From assembly GCA_017554565.1 (NCBI GenBank), contig JAFZID010000167.1, positions 1 through 55,012 of the forward strand: a DNA stretch of 55,012 nt, in the 5' to 3' direction. The notes below the pieces were generated by a model that saw only the letters and a program-made list of their open reading frames with translations, was not told where the DNA came from and searched no databases. Of the stretch, positions 50,566 to 55,012 are shown piece by piece (the stretch's first letter is position 1; the number at the start of each line of letters is the position of its first letter). Made by a program: the position numbers and the translations under genes. Origin of the DNA: a bacterium (lineage in GTDB: Bacteria > Auribacterota > UBA3054).

Positions 50566-52944
50566 TTACTTCTTCTGCTGTCCGGGATCCGGAGCGGTGA
50601 GGAGGGAGAGGGTTGTGAGGTTGGCTTTGATTTGGAACTTGTTGTTTTTGGTGTTTATTTTGACTTTGATGGTTTGGTCCTGGTAGGAGAGGTTGTTGCC
50701 TTTTGGGGTCAAGGTGACGATCGTTGTGGGGAGGACGCCGTTTTGGATGGCGGTATCGGAAAGACCGATGTAATTTTTGCCGTTGATCGTGTTGGAGAGG
50801 TCCTCTTGGGTGGTGATGGTGCAGGCGAAGTTTTTCTTCGTGTTGCTGGTGGTGAAGGGAAGATAAGCTGAGTCTTTTTTGTAGCCGATGGTTAGGAAGG
50901 TGTTTTGGGTGGTGTATTTGAGAACACCTTTCTTTTTGTTGAAGGTGATCTTCTGCTCTTTGTCCTTGACGGGGAGACTTGGGAAGATAGAGGGGGTGGT
51001 GACGAAAATCGTGTCAGCGTCGTTGTAGAGGCAGACAGTGTTGTCGGAGAGCAACACTTCGTCTGCGTTAAGGGTGCCGGAAAGGGAGAATTTGGTTTGG
51101 GATTCGCCCTGGACTTGCGTCCAGAAGAGGTAGTAGGGCTGACGGAGAGTCGGGTGGGCGTTTAGGGGTTCGAACTGCCAGATGTTGATGAAGTCCCAGC
51201 CCGTGTAGGTAGCCTGGTCAGCGATCTGCGTTTCGGTGATGCCGGTGCCGAATTTGTTGGAGCGGGCTTTCTTGGAGTTGAAGAAGCAGGCGGTGGCGGT
51301 GGATTCGTAAACCGTGCCCGCGATGCCGCCGCGGGAGTATTCGCTGGCTTTGGCGGAGCCGAGGGCGAGACAGTTGCAAACCGTGGTGAAGTCCGCTTCG
51401 CCAATTAAGCCGCCTACGCTGGATTCGCCCGAGGCGTTGACGTCGGTAAGGCAGTCGGAGACGGAAGCGTCTTTGGCTTTGCCGATAAGGCCGCCAATTA
51501 GCTGCGTGCCTTCGGCGGAGCCAAGCGAATAGCAGGATTGGAAAGAGCCGCCGAAAGCGTAGCCCGCGAGAAGAGCCGCGCCGTAATCGCCCTGGACGCT
51601 GCCGGAGAGGGTGACATAGGAGACCTGGGCGTTGTCAGCATTGCCTATTAGGAGAGCGGAGGTGCCGTAGCTTGTTACGGAGCCGGAAAGGGTGAGGTTT
51701 TGAATGACGGCGTCGGAAGCGTAGCCGAAGAGGCCGTACGTGCCTTTGTTTTCCGTGCTGATGTAGAGATTTTCGATAGAGAAGCCCATGCCGTTAAAAG
51801 TGCCGCAGAAGGGGGCGTCTTCCGTGCCGATGGGAGGGAAGCCCTGGCCGTTCCGCCAGTTGGCGGAATCGGAAAGGTCGATGTCTTGCGTGAGGGTGTA
51901 GAACTGACCGAAGGAGTCGAGAGTGTTCTTGCCCATCCAGACTAAGTTGCCGGGAGTGGCGATAAGGTAAGGCTCGGTTTCGGTGCCGAAGCCGTCCGGC
52001 TCTTCGGAACAAATGGAAAAGAGGACTTCAATTTCCGTCGGGCCAGCTACGAAGAAGGTCGTGCCTTCTAAAAGTTCGCCGTTGACTTTGATGGAGTCCA
52101 CTTCATAGCCCGATTCGGGCTCGGCTGTGATGTTAACCTCTTCGCCGAAGTTGTAGAGGAACTGGTCGGGATCGAGAGTGACAGTGCCGCCGATCGTAGG
52201 GGCGACCGTTACAAGGTACTCTTCCGGAACGAACCTGGGGACGAGGTAGTAGTCGCTTAAAACAGTGATGGAGCCGGTCGGCTCGGTGAGCTCCTCGAGG
52301 TAGCCCTCTATCTTATCGAAGCGGTAGCCCTTGTAGGGAGTCGCCTCGTAGGAGACTTCCTCTTTGTAGCGGTAGGTGGGTTTGTCGGGGTTGAGAACGA
52401 GCGCGCCGCCTTCCGTCGGCTCGACAGTCACGGAGTAATCGGCGTAGTGGAAGTAGGCGGTGAGGTCGTAGTTCTGGTCAACGTAGATGAGAAGCGTGCT
52501 CTCGTCGGTGGTGATCGTTCCGGAGTAGCCGTCGAAAGTGGCGCCCTCGTTGGGTGTGGCGGTAATGGTTACGGGCTCTCCCTGGGTGTAGGTGTCTTTC
52601 TTGGGATCAACGGTTACGGTGCCGCCTTCCGTCGAGTCGACGTTGATAGTGTAGCCGGAATAGATGAACTCTACGCTCAGCTCCATATCCCTGGTCGGGG
52701 AGACGACCAAGGGGTTGTCGAGGTACTCTATGCCGTTGTAGGTGAAGGACGCGAAGGAATAGTCCTTGTCGGGAACGGCGGTGAAGGTTATGATGTCGCC
52801 GGCTTCGTAGTATTCCTTGACGGGGGAAACGGAGACGCGTCCGTTTTCGCTTGGGGCGATGTAAAGGGTGTAGGGGCCGGCCAGAGCGGTAAGGGAAGTT
52901 AGCGCGATGGCGGCGGTGAGGATCAGGGCGGTGAGTTTTTTCAT
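50566..52944 (-). CDS. Secreted surface protein: four InlB-B-repeat-like domains plus a GLUG-motif region
   Basis: Signal peptide present. There are four ~75-aa repeats (Y.L.V....GG.V.L.P.....Y..GE.V.I.A.P..GY.F...). GLUG-type motifs follow (GLFGYASDA, GGLIGKAKDA, VGGLIGEADF, GGIAGTVYES). Confidence 0.8.
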   Translation of the reverse strand: MKKLTALILTAAIALTSLTALAGPYTLYIAPSENGRVSVSPVKEYYEAGDIITFTAVPDKDYSFASFTYNGIEYLDNPLVVSPTRDMELSVEFIYSGYTINVDSTEGGTVTVDPKKDTYTQGEPVTITATPNEGATFDGYSGTITTDESTLLIYVDQNYDLTAYFHYADYSVTVEPTEGGALVLNPDKPTYRYKEEVSYEATPYKGYRFDKIEGYLEELTEPTGSITVLSDYYLVPRFVPEEYLVTVAPTIGGTVTLDPDQFLYNFGEEVNITAEPESGYEVDSIKVNGELLEGTTFFVAGPTEIEVLFSICSEEPDGFGTETEPYLIATPGNLVWMGKNTLDSFGQFYTLTQDIDLSDSANWRNGQGFPPIGTEDAPFCGTFNGMGFSIENLYISTENKGTYGLFGYASDAVIQNLTLSGSVTSYGTSALLIGNADNAQVSYVTLSGSVQGDYGAALLAGYAFGGSFQSCYSLGSAEGTQLIGGLIGKAKDASVSDCLTDVNASGESSVGGLIGEADFTTVCNCLALGSAKASEYSRGGIAGTVYESTATACFFNSKKARSNKFGTGITETQIADQATYTGWDFINIWQFEPLNAHPTLRQPYYLFWTQVQGESQTKFSLSGTLNADEVLLSDNTVCLYNDADTIFVTTPSIFPSLPVKDKEQKITFNKKKGVLKYTTQNTFLTIGYKKDSAYLPFTTSNTKKNFACTITTQEDLSNTINGKNYIGLSDTAIQNGVLPTTIVTLTPKGNNLSYQDQTIKVKINTKNNKFQIKANLTTLSLLTAPDPGQQKK

Positions 52945-53028
52945 CGTTTTTCCGTTTGCGGGTTAGCTAAAGCATTATTACCAACTTGAATATTATTTTA
53001 GCATTATTGCAACGAGGAAACAGAAACG

Positions 53029-53095
53029 AGAGGGGGTAAAACGCAAAGTACAAAAACCGAAAAAGAGGGGTAAAACGCAAAGTAAAATCCGAAAA
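53029..53095. repeat. Tandem direct repeat of about 33-35 bp, two copies
   Basis: Copy 1 is AGAGGGGGTAAAACGCAAAGTACAAAAACCGAAAA (53029-53063). Copy 2 is AGAGGGGTAAAACGCAAAGTAAAATCCGAAAA (53064-53095). Confidence 0.75.
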
Positions 53096-53100
53096 CTGTT

Positions 53101-53167
53101 TTTCCAAAATGTTGATGAATCAACATTTTGGAAAGGCAAAATGTAGTGCTCATCAACATTTTGGAAA
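53101..53167. promoter_or_regulatory. 34-bp near-perfect palindrome plus a third identical 16-nt half-site (operator-like)
   Basis: TTTCCAAAATGTTGAT-GA-ATCAACATTTTGGAAA spans 53101-53134. ATCAACATTTTGGAAA repeats exactly at 53152-53167. The site lies between the HigA-like gene's 3' end and the GLUG gene's 5' end. Confidence 0.5.
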
Positions 53168-53214
53168 CTTGCAAACCTGCCCTAAAATGGCAAAAAGCCT
53201 TCAGCTTAAGTAAG

Positions 53215-53496
53215 TTAGGAAGCTTTTTTCTTTTTTGACAGGCTTGTGCGGTATTGTGTCTCCAAGGAATTCCAAAAAGCTGCGGGAACTTTGGTCACGT
53301 ATTCCAGCTTCAGGGCGAAATCAACGGAGAGCGGAATTTCAGAAGAGATGAGTCTGTGAAGCGTTCCAATCGGAATGCCCATATGCCTGGCGAAATTAGC
53401 TTTGGTCATTCCAAGGAAAGCGATGTTTTCCTCAATGGTTTTGCCGGGCCCGACCACATAATCAGGATCGAATTTCAAAGTCTTATTTGCTTTCAT
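53215..53496 (-). CDS. HigA-family XRE-type HTH protein (antitoxin-like), with no adjacent toxin ORF
   Basis: The protein is 93 aa. VGPGKTIEENIAFLGMTKANFARHMGIPIGTLHRLISSEIPLSVDFALKLEYV matches the HigA/VapI antidote HTH pattern. Confidence 0.8.
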   Translation of the reverse strand: MKANKTLKFDPDYVVGPGKTIEENIAFLGMTKANFARHMGIPIGTLHRLISSEIPLSVDFALKLEYVTKVPAAFWNSLETQYRTSLSKKKKAS

Positions 53497-53734
53497 AATT
53501 TTCGTGTGTTTGTTATTTTGAGCCTATTGTAGCAACAAGGGCAAATAAAAGAAAGGTTTTGAAATAACGCTAGTAATTTTAGTAGCGTAATGTAAAAAGA
53601 AGAGGACACGCGACGAGTTTGGCGGTTGGTATTTATACGAAACAAATTGCCACAAAAACACGCAAAATGTTTCGTACAAAATTAGGGAACAATTTGGCGG
53701 TATTATGGTGAAAATGTTCCCTATGGGCGTTGGC

Positions 53735-54484
53735 TTACCTTGGGACTAGGCCGGAAGCAAGGAGCGTTTGGTAGGCTTGCTGGACGTCTTTGGGGATTTG
53801 TGTGTGGGCGAGGAAATTTTTTCCTCTTGGGCCGTAGCCGTTTTCGTCGTCAGTAAGCCTTTGTACTTCGCCCAGGAGAAGTTTTACGTAATGGTCTAGG
53901 GGCCACATGCCGGGGATGTCTTCGGAGTAGGAGAGGGCGTTGTTTTTTTCTATGACGGTAGCTTCATAGGAGGCGAAGTTGATCGCTTGTATGTCAGGGC
54001 GGTATTTTATTTGGGTGGCGTGCATCCTAAGCTGCATGGTGGCGTCTTGAGTGAGGATCAGGCTTTTGGGGGAGAGGCGGTTTTGTTTGAGGAGGGCGAG
54101 GAGGTTCGTGATGTTGTTGCCGCAGTGGGTGGAGGCGGTCTCCAGGTAGTCGGCGGAGAGGGAGTATTTTTCTTTTAGGTAGGCCTGGAAGATCTCGGCT
54201 TCGGTGAGGGAGGAGGTGTCTAGGCTTGGTATGGCGGATTTGGCGTTTTCCCTTAGAGCGGGGGTGGTGTGGCCTACGCCGCCTACGATTAGGTAGGTTT
54301 TGGCGACGTTGTTTTTCATGGCGTCGGCGAGGACGTCACCGCCTTTTAGGATGGAGCCGCCGAAAAGGACCATGGCGTCGGCCTGGCTGAAGCCGAATTT
54401 GCTTTGCAGGGCGCTTTTTGTTAGCTCGGCTATGTCGCGCCTGCCGAGGAAGCGGCTGAGGATGTTTATGCTATTCGCGAGCAT
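53735..54484 (-). CDS. ydcF: YdcF-family (DUF218) protein
   Basis: It aligns by eye along its length with E. coli YdcF, for example GMWPLDHYVKLLLGEVQRLTDDENGYGPRGKNFLAHTQIP against [40 protein letters not shown]. I chose the ATG at 54484 because the longer ORF to 54556 runs into hairpin repeats. Confidence 0.8.
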   Translation of the reverse strand: MLANSINILSRFLGRRDIAELTKSALQSKFGFSQADAMVLFGGSILKGGDVLADAMKNNVAKTYLIVGGVGHTTPALRENAKSAIPSLDTSSLTEAEIFQAYLKEKYSLSADYLETASTHCGNNITNLLALLKQNRLSPKSLILTQDATMQLRMHATQIKYRPDIQAINFASYEATVIEKNNALSYSEDIPGMWPLDHYVKLLLGEVQRLTDDENGYGPRGKNFLAHTQIPKDVQQAYQTLLASGLVPR

Positions 54485-54521
54485 TGATGCCAATCGATAG
54501 TGTTGTTTGCTGGAAGAATAA

Positions 54522-54605
54522 CAAAAGTCATATGACTTTTGCAAGCAGAACAACAAAAGTCATAGGACTTTTGTAAGAAGGCCAACGAAAGTCATACGAC
54601 TTTCG
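54522..54605. repeat. Three ~32-bp-spaced inverted-repeat units (AAAGTCATANGACTTT cores)
   Basis: CAAAAGTCATATGACTTTTG (54522-54541) is a perfect palindrome. ACAAAAGTC-ATAG-GACTTTTGT spans 54553-54574 and CGAAAGTC-ATAC-GACTTTCG spans 54586-54605. Confidence 0.8.
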
Positions 54606-54636
54606 GGGAAAACGAAGTTAAAATCTTTGCGCCCAG

Positions 54637-54732
54637 GCGCAAAATAAAGCGCAAAATAAAGCGCAAAATAAAGCGCAAAATAAAGCGCAAAATAAAGCGC
54701 AAAATAAAGCGCAAAATAAAGCGCAAAATAAA
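54637..54732. repeat. Perfect 12-bp tandem repeat GCGCAAAATAAA, 8 copies
   Basis: Direct reading gives eight identical units from 54637 to 54732. Confidence 0.95.
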
Positions 54733-54920
54733 GCTAGCACCGTCTAGCCCCGTTAAGCGTTTCGCTTAAAAGCTGATGGTCGAAGGAGTTAATACTTTAC
54801 TTTTTAGCAGTCGGTTTAAAAGCTCATTTAAAAGCTCATAATAAAATACCATCTAGATCCGTCTAGCGCTGTCTAGTACCGCTTAAAAATAGATATAAGA
54901 ACAAGTTAATCCTAACTTTT

Positions 54921-55012
54921 AAGAACTTTTAAGAACTTTTAAGAACTTTTAAGAACTTTTAAGAACTTTTAAGAACTTTTAAGAACTTTTAAGAACTTTT
55001 AAGAACTTTTAA
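54921..55012. repeat. Perfect 10-bp tandem repeat AAGAACTTTT, at least 9 copies, running off the window end
   Basis: Direct reading gives 9 full copies plus AA. A degenerate copy CCTAACTTTT lies at 54911-54920. Confidence 0.95.

Noticed and set aside
54485-54556. The ORF track extends the YdcF homolog by 24 N-terminal codons (start at 54556).
   Set aside because: The extension (MLFCLQKSYDFCYSSSKQHYRLAS) is encoded by the palindromic repeat units and has no counterpart in E. coli YdcF. The internal ATG at 54484 aligns with the family N-terminus.
54637-55012. I considered whether the tandem repeats at the window end form a CRISPR array.
   Set aside because: The units are only 10-12 bp and directly abut one another with no unique spacers. 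No cas genes are nearby.

Overview
This is a 55 kb window from a GC-rich bacterial chromosome. Hand counts on sample lines give about 55-65% GC in the backbone. Two tandem PEP-CTERM proteins fit an exosortase-bearing, possibly PVC-group organism, but that is only a guess. The backbone genes are a metal-homeostasis cluster (P-type ATPase tail, CDF transporter, CorA), a Fic protein, and the two PEP-CTERM repeat proteins. A long minus-strand gene string follows: RND adaptor and pump, a P-loop-less YchF-like protein, an 801-aa secreted protein, a polysaccharide deacetylase and a SpoU/TrmH methyltransferase. The right end carries a GLUG/InlB-B-repeat surface protein, an orphan HigA-like HTH protein and a YdcF homolog. 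Two low-GC islands (about one third GC) interrupt this backbone. Island A (about 3.65-14.1 kb) is a translationally coupled five-gene operon of secreted proteins: a lipase-like alpha/beta hydrolase, two paralogous thrombospondin-type-3 calcium-repeat proteins, an unknown protein and a GH27/36-like glycosidase. Island B (about 30.3-50.5 kb) is the main finding. It holds a tightly packed seven-gene minus-strand operon of 18.3 kb. In transcription order the genes are an SNF2 helicase, a 1604-aa N6-adenine methyltransferase, an OLD-family ATPase/Toprim nuclease and a short UvrD-like helicase. These are followed by a 1988-aa DEAD helicase fused to a DUF1998-type zinc module and a PD-(D/E)xK-like domain, a 281-aa unknown and a RelA/SpoT-domain protein. 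This looks like a class-1 DISARM-like core split by a Gabija-like pair and extended by a toxSAS-like module, an architecture I cannot assign to a described system. Phased CTAG-rich repeats lie upstream of the operon. The right end of the window is a dense non-coding field of hairpin units, 12-bp and 10-bp tandem repeats and CTAG boxes. I found no rRNA, tRNA, CRISPR array, integrase or transposase. All domain calls are motif recognition by eye, not database searches.
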